DNA from: Nitrososphaeraceae archaeon
GTDB lineage: Archaea; Thermoproteota; Nitrososphaeria; Nitrososphaerales; Nitrososphaeraceae
Reading direction: 5' to 3'
Assembly: GCA_035297365.1 (NCBI GenBank)
Contig: DATGZA010000014.1
Coordinates: 96,001-160,000, forward strand
DNA: 64,000 bases
The translations under genes and the position numbers were made by a program. Positions 1-10,221 of this stretch are shown here, in pieces. A model generated the notes under the pieces. It did no database searches and had not been told where the DNA came from. It was given only the letters and a program-made list of their open reading frames with translations. Positions within the stretch are counted from its first letter, which is position 1; each line of letters begins with the position of its first letter.

Positions 1-3000
1 CTCGCTCTTCCTTCTGTAGGTTGTTTTGTTAACATCTGAACTTGACCTCTAGCCCTACTATGGATTTTATCTGCTACCATATGATGAAGTTTTTGATAAT
101 AAACTACACCGATGTAGACATCTACTGGAAACTTTAATCCAGTTCTTCCGTCGTACATCTCTTCTTTGCCGCTATATTTTAGCCCGTATTGTTCCATAAC
201 GTCTTTAATATCATTTAATTTTTCTCCTAAGAATGCTGAACCGTCAACAACTTTACCACGCAGTGAAGCGGCTTTACCCGCCAATGATTCCATGAATTGT
301 CCAACTGTCATTCTTGACGGAAAAGCATGCGGATTAATCATAATATCTGGAACTATTCCATCGTTAGTATATGGGAGATCTTCTTGACTTACCAACATGC
401 CAAGAACTCCTTTTTGTCCGTGTCGTGATGCAAATTTGTCTCCGATTTCGGGTATTCGCATATCTCTCACTCTAATCTTATACATTTTTCCACCCTCAAC
501 AGATTGTGTCATTATTACACTATCAACAACACCATTCTCAGAAGGTCTTACACCTATCGAGGTATCGCGCCTGTAAGGTCCTTTTACTTCAAATTCCTTA
601 TACTCTTCAATGAACCTTGGCGGAGATGTTCTTCCAATCAATATATCCCCACCTGAGACAATTGATTCGTGCATGATGGCACCATCTTGTTCCAATAATC
701 TATAGGCTTTTTCCCCCCTAAATCCACGGATATTTTCATCTGGAGAAGGTAATTCAAAAGTATCTTTCATTCCACCAGGATATTGTTTTGCTTCAGCTTC
801 ATACACACGATAAAAGAATGTTCTACATAATCCCCTCTCAACTGATGATTTATTGAAGACGACTGCATCTTCTATATTATATCCTTCAAAAGGTAGAACA
901 GCAACAACACAATTTTGCCCTGTAGGACGTTCATCGAGTCCAAGAAGATTTATTGCCTTGGTACTCACTACGGGCACTTGTGGATACAACATGAAATGTT
1001 GACGCACATACGTACTAGCATTCATTAAAGGTGTGGAAAATCCTAGACTCTGTTTTGCCATAGCACTTTCATAGGTGTTTCTAGGAGATTGATTATGTTC
1101 TGGATATGGAATAACTGAAGCACCTATTCCTAAAATAGATGGAGGATATATTTCCATATGTGTCGTATTATTGTCTATAGAATCAGAATCAATCGAAATT
1201 TGACAGTTTTCCTCCTCGTTGGCATCTACAAGTTCAATGATTCCTATAGAAATTAGGTCAGCCCATGAAAGAAATTTTTTATTGATCTTTTCTACAACTT
1301 CCGATGTCATTAAAGATTTTCCATCTTTAACTATGGCAAGTGGTCTCAAAACTCTCCCCGAATTACAAGAAATATACAATCTTTTCATAGCATTTGAGTT
1401 CAGAGAAGAATAAAAATAAATCCCAATGTGTGGATGTATTTTTCCGCTTCTTCTAAGAGTTCGAAGAGTTATTGCCAAATGCAAACCATCTTCTATATAG
1501 CCTATCAATTTTCCATCTACAAAAATTCTACAACCATTTTCTCTTAAATTTTCATCCGCATCATCTATATGTTGTGCTCTTAATTCATATAATTTTTCTA
1601 TTATTTCAGAAGAAGAAACACTGACTGAAATTATTGCGGAGAGAGCAAGATTCTTCACTAAACCACAATTTGATCCTTCAGGAGTTTCTGCAGGACAAAT
1701 CCTTCCAAAGTGAGTAGTGTGTAAGTCTCGAGCTTCGAAGTTTGGTTGACTTCTGCTTAATGGAGATTGTATACGACGTAAATGACTGATTGTAGACATA
1801 TAATTAGTTCTATCCAGAAGTTGAGTTACACCTACTCTTCCTCTTCCCCAATTACCAGTGGCAATAGCGTTATTTAGCTTATCTGAGATTATTCCAGGTC
1901 TTATAGCAGCGGCAACAGCATTTATTCCTCTTTTTTGACCCGATCTTTCAAGCTGATATTTCATATCTCGTATAAGGTTACGAAATGCGGTTCGAAAAAG
2001 ATCAGCAAGCATTTGACCAGCAAATTTTATAACCTTGTTTCCATAATGGTCCTTATCATCATTATCAATCCAACCTAGTTTTAATTCTATTAATTTAGAA
2101 GCCGCTTCGCCTAAAAATAGAGCTTTTTCCCCACGGTTTTCTGGATTTTTACCTAAATGTGGAAGTAGCCCCCAATCCAATAATGTTTCTGCACGTTTTA
2201 TCTGAAATTCCTCCAGCATTCCCGGAGCTATTCTCTTACTAATATATATTATAGATTCTCTACTTGAAGGAATCTCTCCGACTTTTTCAAACGACGGTTC
2301 CAATTCGTCCTGAACACGTTCGTTAAAGGAGACAGAATTAGCTATGTCCCGATCAGACTCAAGACCTAATGCCCTTATCAAGGTAATTAATGGAATATCC
2401 ACAGGAGACCCGGGTATTTTAGCAACTATGGAACCGTCTGGTTTCATTATAAGTTCCAGTTTTGCACGATAACCTACAATTGAGGAATATACCTTTGCCT
2501 TATAGTTAAGAGTACCTGCGGTTTCTTCTGCATCTACAATTATTTTGTTGTAAGATAAATCCTCAAGACCGACAATTACTCTTTCAGAACCATTAATCAC
2601 AAAATAACCTCCTGGATCTCGCGGATCTTCCCCTAATTCAATCAATTTGGATTCTGGCAAATTATGGAGGATACAGACATTGGATTTTACCATTACAGGC
2701 ATATCTCCGATGTGAATAAATCTGGATTCAATTATTCTTCCATCCTCCACTATACTACATTCAAGCATAATTGGAGAGGCATAAGTCAAATTTCTTAGTC
2801 TTGCCTCGACGGGGGCAACATGAGTGATCGAACCATCCAGTTCCATAATTCTAGGACGTTGTAATTTTATTTTACCAAGTTTCAGTTTATAAGGAAATTC
2901 AGCTGTTTCTATCTCTACTTCATTTACTTCATCAATAATACTTTGAAGTCCAGATTCCATAAATTCATTATAGGAATTAAGGTGTTGTCTAGCTATACCT

Positions 3001-3065
3001 TCACGTCTTAATATATCGTTTATTATTGGCCACATATCAACAGACGTATTCATTATATTGACCAT
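1..3065 (-). CDS. rpoB: DNA-directed RNA polymerase subunit B (Rpo2), 3' end outside the window
   Basis: Manual translation begins M(VNIM)NTSVDMWPIINDILRREGIARQHLNSYNEF. Contains GGYFVINGSERV, GRICPAETPEGSNCGLVKNL, GDKFASRHGQKG and NPHAFPSRMTVGQ. Directly follows rpoH. Start at 3065 or 3053. Confidence 0.97.
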   Translation of the reverse strand, partial: MVNIMNTSVDMWPIINDILRREGIARQHLNSYNEFMESGLQSIIDEVNEVEIETAEFPYKLKLGKIKLQRPRIMELDGSITHVAPVEARLRNLTYASPIMLECSIVEDGRIIESRFIHIGDMPVMVKSNVCILHNLPESKLIELGEDPRDPGGYFVINGSERVIVGLEDLSYNKIIVDAEETAGTLNYKAKVYSSIVGYRAKLELIMKPDGSIVAKIPGSPVDIPLITLIRALGLESDRDIANSVSFNERVQDELEPSFEKVGEIPSSRESIIYISKRIAPGMLEEFQIKRAETLLDWGLLPHLGKNPENRGEKALFLGEAASKLIELKLGWIDNDDKDHYGNKVIKFAGQMLADLFRTAFRNLIRDMKYQLERSGQKRGINAVAAAIRPGIISDKLNNAIATGNWGRGRVGVTQLLDRTNYMSTISHLRRIQSPLSRSQPNFEARDLHTTHFGRICPAETPEGSNCGLVKNLALSAIISVSVSSSEIIEKLYELRAQHIDDADENLRENGCRIFVDGKLIGYIEDGLHLAITLRTLRRSGKIHPHIGIYFYSSLNSNAMKRLYISCNSGRVLRPLAIVKDGKSLMTSEVVEKINKKFLSWADLISIGIIELVDANEEENCQISIDSDSIDNNTTHMEIYPPSILGIGASVIPYPEHNQSPRNTYESAMAKQSLGFSTPLMNASTYVRQHFMLYPQVPVVSTKAINLLGLDERPTGQNCVVAVLPFEGYNIEDAVVFNKSSVERGLCRTFFYRVYEAEAKQYPGGMKDTFELPSPDENIRGFRGEKAYRLLEQDGAIMHESIVSGGDILIGRTSPPRFIEEYKEFEVKGPYRRDTSIGVRPSENGVVDSVIMTQSVEGGKMYKIRVRDMRIPEIGDKFASRHGQKGVLGMLVSQEDLPYTNDGIVPDIMINPHAFPSRMTVGQFMESLAGKAASLRGKVVDGSAFLGEKLNDIKDVMEQYGLKYSGKEEMYDGRTGLKFPVDVYIGVVYYQKLHHMVADKIHSRARGQVQMLTKQPTEGRA

Positions 3066-3067
3066 CT

Positions 3068-3319
3068 CTAACCTTCCACCACATACCTGTAATATACACT
3101 TTCACCTGCAGTAGGACTTTTCCTAGTTATTCGTAATATATCACCTGGGCGTACGTCCAGGTCTTCTAAGCCCTTATCATTTGACATAATATACGGAAGC
3201 TGATTTGTTCTGACATTAAACTTTTTCAGTACTTGTTCAGCCTCTTCTTTAGAAAGAATTTCATGTTTAGGCTGATAAATGTGGTTGGTTACTTTCACAA
3301 CTTTCTTTTCTACTGACAA
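3068..3319 (-). CDS. rpoH: RNA polymerase subunit H (Rpo5)
   Basis: PKHEILS...LPYI...GDILRITRKSPTAGESVYYRYV; upstream of rpoB. Confidence 0.97.
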   Translation of the reverse strand: MSVEKKVVKVTNHIYQPKHEILSKEEAEQVLKKFNVRTNQLPYIMSNDKGLEDLDVRPGDILRITRKSPTAGESVYYRYVVEG

Positions 3320-3509
3320 ATCATAGTCCCTCTACAAAATTTGGTAAAATACTCCAATTTTTGGATAAAATATCTTTTGCGCAATATTAAATACACAAAC
3401 TTCTGGCAGAAGGAGATATATGTAGTTTCTTACAATATTTAAAATTTATTTTGGTTATTAATAATAAATAATACGTAGGTATATTTGATTGCAAATAATG
3501 AAAGAAAAA

Positions 3510-3605
3510 GGCCTTCGGAGGGATTTGAACCCTCCTCAAGCGGTTTCTATCTTTTGTAGAAAAGACCACAGCCGCCTATACTAACCAGGCTATACTACGA
3601 AGGCC
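3510..3605 (-). tRNA. tRNA-His(GTG) with 21-nt intron at position 37/38
   Basis: Reverse complement gives acceptor GCCTTCG/CGAAGGC with encoded G-1 and C73, anticodon arm GGCGG-CTGTGG^A-CCGCT, T arm GAGGG-TTCAAAT-CCCTC, intron 3545-3565. No encoded CCA. Confidence 0.95.
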
Positions 3606-3695
3606 ACGCATTCATTGATATTAGGTTGTATTAATTAATCTTCAGTTTAGTTAAATATACTTAGATTATAATATCATCGGAATTGTCAAGTTAAT

Positions 3696-4487
3696 TCACG
3701 AATCTATTATTCCACGTTTAATTACAGATAGTCCTAGTTTTTCTAACTCATTGCAAATAGCATTCATTCCGATAGAATCACCAGCTAGATGACCAAGAAC
3801 AACTAAATTCCAATTCCCGTTTGCTTGTCGTAATTTAGTCAACTCATTATAATCAATATGTAAGTAAATGACTGTAGATATTCCCTTTTCGAAATATGAT
3901 TTAGCAATATCAAAACCTCCGTTTGAACCAGCTGCAACAACTAAAACCCATTTTCCCAAATTATTTGCAGGTTTTCCATTACATACGGTTATACGCGTTA
4001 ATGAATTCTTGAATTCTGGGATTGCTCCAATTACATTCACTAAATCAGAAACCGATACCAATTTTGATATTTCAATTTCCCTTAGAATAACTTTTCGCAT
4101 ATTTTCATCAAGAGGCTGATGAATATTCAATAATGGCATTTTAAGAAGTTTTGACGTACTCACAATATCGTCATAAATAGCCGAATGTGATCGTAATTCT
4201 ACTTTTTCTTTTAGTTTTTTGACTAATGAAATGGCATTTTTTCTCTTTATTGCATTATCAACCATATATTTCACATGTCTATCAAATATATGATGAAATT
4301 GAAGTAGAGATAGTCCTATTGGATGATGTGTTAAAACACAATCACATTTAAGATTCTTTGCTAAATAGATCTCATATTGATTTATTTCTACAGAAAGAAA
4401 TATCTTTTTTATATCTGTTCCATTTATATGAATTGCACTATCAGGCGGGACTTTTTCCCAACTAGCGAGTTTTAGACCTATCCGCAT
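3696..4487 (-). CDS. NIF3/GTP cyclohydrolase 1 type 2-like metal-binding protein
   Basis: PPDS, THHP, NIHQPLD and GHLAGDSIGMN motifs. Confidence 0.7.
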   Translation of the reverse strand: MRIGLKLASWEKVPPDSAIHINGTDIKKIFLSVEINQYEIYLAKNLKCDCVLTHHPIGLSLLQFHHIFDRHVKYMVDNAIKRKNAISLVKKLKEKVELRSHSAIYDDIVSTSKLLKMPLLNIHQPLDENMRKVILREIEISKLVSVSDLVNVIGAIPEFKNSLTRITVCNGKPANNLGKWVLVVAAGSNGGFDIAKSYFEKGISTVIYLHIDYNELTKLRQANGNWNLVVLGHLAGDSIGMNAICNELEKLGLSVIKRGIIDS

Positions 4488-5194
4488 AACGTCTTCTGTA
4501 CTAATTCATTTCAACCGATATAGTATCACAAATGATCGAATTTTAATATTTTTTGTTTTGCAGATATTCTCATTTATCTGTCTATTTTTTATGATATTGA
4601 AAAAAAGTAGACGAGAGTAACGAAAATTACCCTTAGAAAATGCGTTCCAAGTTGATGAATTTACGATTAAACTACCAAAGTCAGGTAAAGAATGTCCTTT
4701 AGACGTTGAGCTCTAATTAGGTCATTTAGTCTGGTTGACTGCAGACAGGTTATCGTTTATAGTTAATGAAAGATATAATTTGACGAATTTCGAGATATAA
4801 TGTAATTTTTTAAAATTGACTCGTATATTAAGATACTTTCTTATTTCAGCAATTTTATTTGTTTTTGCTCTTATTTTTAAAAGAAATGAAAACGAGAAAA
4901 ATTTAAATTAATTTATTTTATTTTTTCATTATAAATAATATTTTTCGGATAAATCACTATATTATATATTCTAAACTAGTTGCAACTATATTATTTACAT
5001 CTGAAGAATTTCTTTCGTGATTCGAGTATATGTGCTAAATTACTAATAGTTGACAATTAATTAAATCAGAAATTAATAAAAAATTCATAGAAAGAAGATT
5101 GTTATAAAAGAAAAAATAGAATTGAAAAAATAGAATTTATTTATAGTATTTAATAGAAAAAAAAATTTAAGTATCATGAATGTATATTATTATT

Positions 5195-5350
5195 ATGATA
5201 GAACGAAGAAAGAGAAATTTTTATGATGACTTGACTTTAGAAAATATGAAGAGATATTTTCAGGTTGACGATCATTTTGAATTATTGAAATTTATTAAAA
5301 AACATGGATTAAAAAACGATGATTCTGACCTTAACATAAAAGAACATTAA
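5195..5350 (+). CDS. small hypothetical protein (51 aa)
   Basis: Manual ORF MIERRKRNFYDDLTLENMKRYFQVDDHFELLKFIKKHGLKNDDSDLNIKEH in an AT-rich gap. Confidence 0.35.
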   Translation: MIERRKRNFYDDLTLENMKRYFQVDDHFELLKFIKKHGLKNDDSDLNIKEH

Positions 5351-5413
5351 ATTTTTGAACCTTTAGAGTGACTTAAAGATTTAGTTGTTTTATATAAAAA
5401 ATGTATCCAGAAT

Positions 5414-6460
5414 TTACGGGCAGCTTTTATTATCCTGAAAAGATTCTTTGATCCATCGATCACTATACCTAGAATAATTCTGTAAAACAACAATTCTAGA
5501 AATTTCACTTTCATCCATTAATTTATATTCATTAAGTGTTTTTACCAAAATTTCACCAAAATTTCTTATTTCTTTCATCTCAAGCATATGTTTTTGTTCC
5601 AATCTTTGGGTAGACATTCCGATATGCATATAAGATTTTAATTCTATAAAGTTGGGATTACCAATATTAATTAATTCAGCAAAATCAGACACATCTTCCA
5701 AATTATCGTTGTACCCTCTAATAAGTGTCATTCGTAATACTGTTCTTGTACTGATCTCAGAAATAATTTTAAGAGTGTTTAACCATCTATCCCACGCATC
5801 TTTATATTTTGGTCTATTAATTTTATAAAACATTTTCTTATTTGAAGCATTAGTAGAGAGATATAATTGCGTTGGAAGTGCATCTTCTTTTATTAATTTC
5901 TTTATCATTTCAGGTTCTTGGCCATTAGTAACAAGAAAGATGGATTTAGTATTTTCTAACGATTTCAAATATTTGATCAAACCTGGTAGTTTAGGATACA
6001 TTGTAGGCTCTCCGGAAAGAGATATTGCGTAATGCGATGGAAACAAAGATTCATCTAGTTTCTTTTTGTCTGATTTTGAATTTCCGTAGAAACCAACAAT
6101 TAATCGTTCTCTTTCTTTCAATAATTGAGTCACAATAGCATCGGGTTCATCAACTAATTCTTCTGGCATTAATAAAGTATCATAAAATTCAGTGGGTCTC
6201 CAACAATACACGCATCGATTTTCGCAGTTCATTGCAGTTGGAGTCATTTCCATACATTGATGGGTTGAAATTCCGTAAAATTTATGTTTATAACAATTAC
6301 CTTCATTATAGAAAGATTTTTTCGTCCAATGACATAATTCTACAGCCGAATGATTGAAAATGCCATATTTAGCTTTCCTGAGTTTTTTTTCTAAACTCGA
6401 TGTAATGTGGATAAGATTATTTTCATTGTCATGATAAACATGTTCATCAGAACAGCTCAT
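5414..6460 (-). CDS. tyw1: 4-demethylwyosine synthase Tyw1/Taw1 (radical SAM)
   Basis: HSAVELCHWTKK, CYKHKFYGISTHQC, CENRCVYCWRP, SLSGEPT. Confidence 0.95.
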   Translation of the reverse strand: MSCSDEHVYHDNENNLIHITSSLEKKLRKAKYGIFNHSAVELCHWTKKSFYNEGNCYKHKFYGISTHQCMEMTPTAMNCENRCVYCWRPTEFYDTLLMPEELVDEPDAIVTQLLKERERLIVGFYGNSKSDKKKLDESLFPSHYAISLSGEPTMYPKLPGLIKYLKSLENTKSIFLVTNGQEPEMIKKLIKEDALPTQLYLSTNASNKKMFYKINRPKYKDAWDRWLNTLKIISEISTRTVLRMTLIRGYNDNLEDVSDFAELINIGNPNFIELKSYMHIGMSTQRLEQKHMLEMKEIRNFGEILVKTLNEYKLMDESEISRIVVLQNYSRYSDRWIKESFQDNKSCP

Positions 6461-6610
6461 TTATGGCATTGAAGATAGTCAAACTAATTTATACTTTAAA
6501 ACTACGTGGATAAAGTAGAAGTTCTTATATAAATATTTGTTCGAATAGTATAATGAAATCTTTAATACATTGATTACTTTTACATATGGGATCAAAAATA
6601 TTACACATAG

Positions 6611-7147
6611 TTGAAGACAATCGCGATCGATTTAGATTCCGTTTTAGCAGATGTAATGATTATTTGGATTGAGGAATATAATAGAATTCGTGGTTCCACT
6701 ATCATCAAAAACGATATTACTGCCTGGGATATTCACACCATTTTACCGATAAATGATATTGAATGTAATATTCTATTTTCAATGGTATGGAAAAATAGAT
6801 GGAAAGAAATACCACCTACAAATAAAAATATAGAAAAAATTATAAGGGATTTGAATAAGGAAAATAGAATTTCGATAATAACTAAAAGAGAAAAGGATAC
6901 AATTCCGTTTGTATATGAGTGGCTGAAGTATAATAATATAGGATATGACGACTTATTATTTGTTCCTGATGAAATTCCGAAAAGTGTATATCCATTCAAT
7001 TTTTTGATAGATGATTATCCAAATAATTTAGTAGATATTAAATTTCCAAAAAAAGGAATATTGTTTGATCAACCATGGAATAAAAATTTTAATTGGCCTA
7101 GAAGAATTCACTCCCTAGACGAAATAAGAACAGTTATTTGTTTCTAG
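6611..7147 (+). CDS. HAD-superfamily 5'(3')-deoxyribonucleotidase-like protein
   Basis: IAIDLDSVLAD, LIDDYPNN, FDQPWN. Confidence 0.8.
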   Translation: MKTIAIDLDSVLADVMIIWIEEYNRIRGSTIIKNDITAWDIHTILPINDIECNILFSMVWKNRWKEIPPTNKNIEKIIRDLNKENRISIITKREKDTIPFVYEWLKYNNIGYDDLLFVPDEIPKSVYPFNFLIDDYPNNLVDIKFPKKGILFDQPWNKNFNWPRRIHSLDEIRTVICF

Positions 7148-7157
7148 TACAAATTAG

Positions 7158-7496
7158 TTAAGAAAATTCCAATTCTATAATTGCTCGGTTTAAAAGTGAG
7201 GAAACGCCGGTATGCTTTTTAATAAATTCTATTGTAGATTCAAACGAATTAACACCTCTATATCCTTCATCATACTTCATCAATACAATCCCTTTATTTG
7301 TCTTAACATATAGTATAAATAAATAGTAATTTCCCAATTTTGTGTCATAATTCTCTACATACTGACTTAATATTATTTCCTCTATATAATACTCATGAAT
7401 GTACTTGATATTAGAAAGAACTTTTTCTGATTTTGTTGGGTTTTTTCCTTCTATTCTGCGAATATCAAAGTCAAGTATTATTTTTTTATTTTTCAT
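7158..7496 (-). CDS. hypothetical protein overlapping the end of the PurF-like gene
   Basis: 112-aa ORF with 11-bp overlap of the upstream gene. Confidence 0.7.
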   Translation of the reverse strand: MKNKKIILDFDIRRIEGKNPTKSEKVLSNIKYIHEYYIEEIILSQYVENYDTKLGNYYLFILYVKTNKGIVLMKYDEGYRGVNSFESTIEFIKKHTGVSSLLNRAIIELEFS

Positions 7497-8859
7497 ATTC
7501 TAAAAATCTGATCCATTCTGGAAACCACAAGTTACTTTCAGGAATGCCAATTCCTTTAGAGAGTAAGGAAGGAGAATTATAGAATATTTTTTCACAACCA
7601 ATATCCCGAGAAACAAAAAAATTGAGCTGATCTAAATTCGATATTTTACCTACATATTTGTTGGCAAGAAAATCCCTATTATGAGTATACAAACCAACTT
7701 GTCTTCCGTCAATAGTGGGAACATAACATACTATCACATTCACTTGTTTTACTCCATTTTTCTTGAGATAGTAAATAGTTTCTCTAGCTGTACTACCTGT
7801 TTGTATGGTTCCTTGAATTGTGGCAATTTTTCTATTTTTAGTTAAATTTTCTATTATAAATTTTAATGACTTTCCTGTTGTTAAAAGTTTATTTTTACTT
7901 ACTTGTTCAGAAAAATCTATCATATGATCAGAGTCATCATACCTGTCTTTTATTACCCCTTCAGATATTTCAAATTTTGAAAATTTTTTCTGTAAGCTTA
8001 ATCCCATTCCCAATGCCATAGGTCTAGTATAGTCTGGTTCTGCATAAATGCTATCTAGATCCATCTCTACGGGCAAACGATCAGCTTGTACTTTTCCGAT
8101 ATTTTTTCTTATTGAATAAATACTTTTATTGTTAAACATGGAAGTTACATGAGATTCTCGTATAAATTCAAAAGGATCTAGTAACATTTTGTGGTCTTTA
8201 AGCGTAACTAAATCCTGAACATGATTTTTTAAACTTAACTTTATTAATTGTCCGGGTTTTATATTTACATAATTTAAATATGGAAAAGATATCCTTAATG
8301 AATTCTCGGATGAAATAACTACAATGTGATCATCTGTGGCCATAATAAGAGGTTTAAATCCAGTACTATTTCGAAAAATAAATATTTCATTCTTCTTTTT
8401 AATAATAATATTTCCTCTGAGATGTCTATCTATAAACTCAGCTGCTTGTTCGCTATTTTTTTTTTCGGTAATTAATTTCATAAAAATATAGAAGATTTGA
8501 TACAATGGATCGAGTTTTTTTGCGGATCCGATGTGTGGATGAAGATATAACTTTTCTGTATCTACAAGAAAACCATCAATAGAAATATCGAGTAAATTCA
8601 TACTGGGAAAAAGAGGCGATCTTTTTGAAAGATATCCTACTGCACAGAATCCAGATAACTTCTTCTTTTTAATGGAAGCCAATAAAACATCGTCAGTTGG
8701 TATAGAACCTTGGTTTTCGACGACATCGTCACCAATCATCAATTTCCAATAAGCTTTTCCTCTATGTTGAAGCATCCTCATACCACGTATAAGGTAAAAT
8801 ATGGTCGTATCAGAACTTTTATTTTCGTTGTAGTTATAAACTGCGATTAATCCTGCCAA
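7486..8859 (-). CDS. amidophosphoribosyltransferase (PurF)-like protein with degenerate active sites
   Basis: Ntn+PRT layout: LQHRG, GFKPL, SSEN, KPGQ, FEFI, YSIRKNIG. N-terminal Cys replaced by Ala; DDSIVRG replaced by QGTIQTG. Confidence 0.75.
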   Translation of the reverse strand: MAGLIAVYNYNENKSSDTTIFYLIRGMRMLQHRGKAYWKLMIGDDVVENQGSIPTDDVLLASIKKKKLSGFCAVGYLSKRSPLFPSMNLLDISIDGFLVDTEKLYLHPHIGSAKKLDPLYQIFYIFMKLITEKKNSEQAAEFIDRHLRGNIIIKKKNEIFIFRNSTGFKPLIMATDDHIVVISSENSLRISFPYLNYVNIKPGQLIKLSLKNHVQDLVTLKDHKMLLDPFEFIRESHVTSMFNNKSIYSIRKNIGKVQADRLPVEMDLDSIYAEPDYTRPMALGMGLSLQKKFSKFEISEGVIKDRYDDSDHMIDFSEQVSKNKLLTTGKSLKFIIENLTKNRKIATIQGTIQTGSTARETIYYLKKNGVKQVNVIVCYVPTIDGRQVGLYTHNRDFLANKYVGKISNLDQLNFFVSRDIGCEKIFYNSPSLLSKGIGIPESNLWFPEWIRFLEYEK

Positions 8860-9018
8860 AGATCTGTTTTTTGATTGTTAGAAAAGATATAAAAGTTATC
8901 GAGTGCTAAAATGAAACTAATATTCATAAAAAGGAAACTATCAGCTATGTTACGAAATTATAATAGAGAATTTAGCAAAATAAAAAAATGGTTTAATGTT
9001 ATATCAGTAAATTAGAAT

Positions 9019-10221
9019 ATGTTAATTGGAATTATTGGGAAAGCAAATGTTGGCAAATCAACTTTTTTTAATGCTTTAACAGATCAAGCTGTTACGTCAG
9101 CAAATTATCCTTTTACCACGATTCAACCAAATATAGGGATTAGTTATGTAAGAAAAAAATGTGTTTGTAGAGAATTTGGTGTTCAAGATAATCCGATCCA
9201 CTCAATATGTGTTGATGGGAATAGATTTGTTCCAGTGAAATTAATAGATGTAGCTGGTTTAGTTCCCGGAGCTCATTTAGGAAAAGGACTTGGCAATAAG
9301 TTTCTAGATGATGCAAGACAGGCCGATGCATTAGTTCATGTTGTAGATGCTTCTGGATCGACCGACCCCGAAGGACATATAATAGATATATCCAAGGGAG
9401 ACCCCCTGTACGATATAAAATTTGTAGAAGAAGAATTTGATCGCTGGCTATTTTCTATAGTTAGCAGAGAATGGAATAAGATTTCAAAGGATATGATTAG
9501 GCAAAAAATGAAAATTGAACAGATACTTACAAAAAAATTGTCGGGTTTGTCTATAAAAATGGATAATATTGTAGAATCCTTGATGGAGTTGAATTTAAAG
9601 AACAAGAATCCTGATTTGTGGACAGAAGATGAATTACTATCTTTTGTAAGAATAGTTAGAATGAAATCTAAACCTTTACTTATTGTTGCCAACAAAATGG
9701 ACATAAAATCTTCTATGAAAAATATAATGAAGATTAAAAAAGAAATAGACAGAATAGTAATTCCATGTGCTTCGGAAGCAGAATTAGCTTTAAGAAGAGG
9801 GATGAAAAAGGGACTATGGTATTATTTACCAGGCGATAAGGATTTTCAAATAAAGAAAAAAGACCTCAATGAACAACAACAAAAGGCGATATTGATGATT
9901 AAATCAATATTGATGGAGAATGGGTCTACCGGAGTCCAGAATGCCATCAATACTATATGTTTTGATCTCATGAAGATGATTATTGTTTACCCCGTAGAAG
10001 ATGATGTTAAATTATCAGACAAAAATGGAAACGTACTTCCACATGCGTTACTAATGCCTAAAGGTGCCACTGCAAAGGATCTTGCTCAATCGATACATGC
10101 TGATTTGGCAAAAGGGTTTATGTTTGCAATTGATGTTAGAAATAAACAAAGAATAGCAGCAGATTATAAACTGGAGGATAACGATGTAATTAAAATAGTT
10201 TCATCGACGTCAAGGGGGTAA
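9019..10221 (+). CDS. Obg-family YchF-like GTPase/ATPase with TGS domain
   Basis: GKANVGKST, YPFTT, DVAGLVPGAH, NKMD, IHADL. Confidence 0.93.
   Translation: MLIGIIGKANVGKSTFFNALTDQAVTSANYPFTTIQPNIGISYVRKKCVCREFGVQDNPIHSICVDGNRFVPVKLIDVAGLVPGAHLGKGLGNKFLDDARQADALVHVVDASGSTDPEGHIIDISKGDPLYDIKFVEEEFDRWLFSIVSREWNKISKDMIRQKMKIEQILTKKLSGLSIKMDNIVESLMELNLKNKNPDLWTEDELLSFVRIVRMKSKPLLIVANKMDIKSSMKNIMKIKKEIDRIVIPCASEAELALRRGMKKGLWYYLPGDKDFQIKKKDLNEQQQKAILMIKSILMENGSTGVQNAINTICFDLMKMIIVYPVEDDVKLSDKNGNVLPHALLMPKGATAKDLAQSIHADLAKGFMFAIDVRNKQRIAADYKLEDNDVIKIVSSTSRG

Noticed and set aside
166-1413. Plus-strand ORFs 166-387 and 1219-1413
   Set aside because: Antisense shadows of rpoB; the same applies to the many short antisense ORFs inside other long genes.
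3387-3569. 60-aa ORF
   Set aside because: Overlaps tRNA-His.
4510-5190. Long AT-rich intergenic stretch
   Set aside because: No repeat array, RNA structure or transposase motif recognised.
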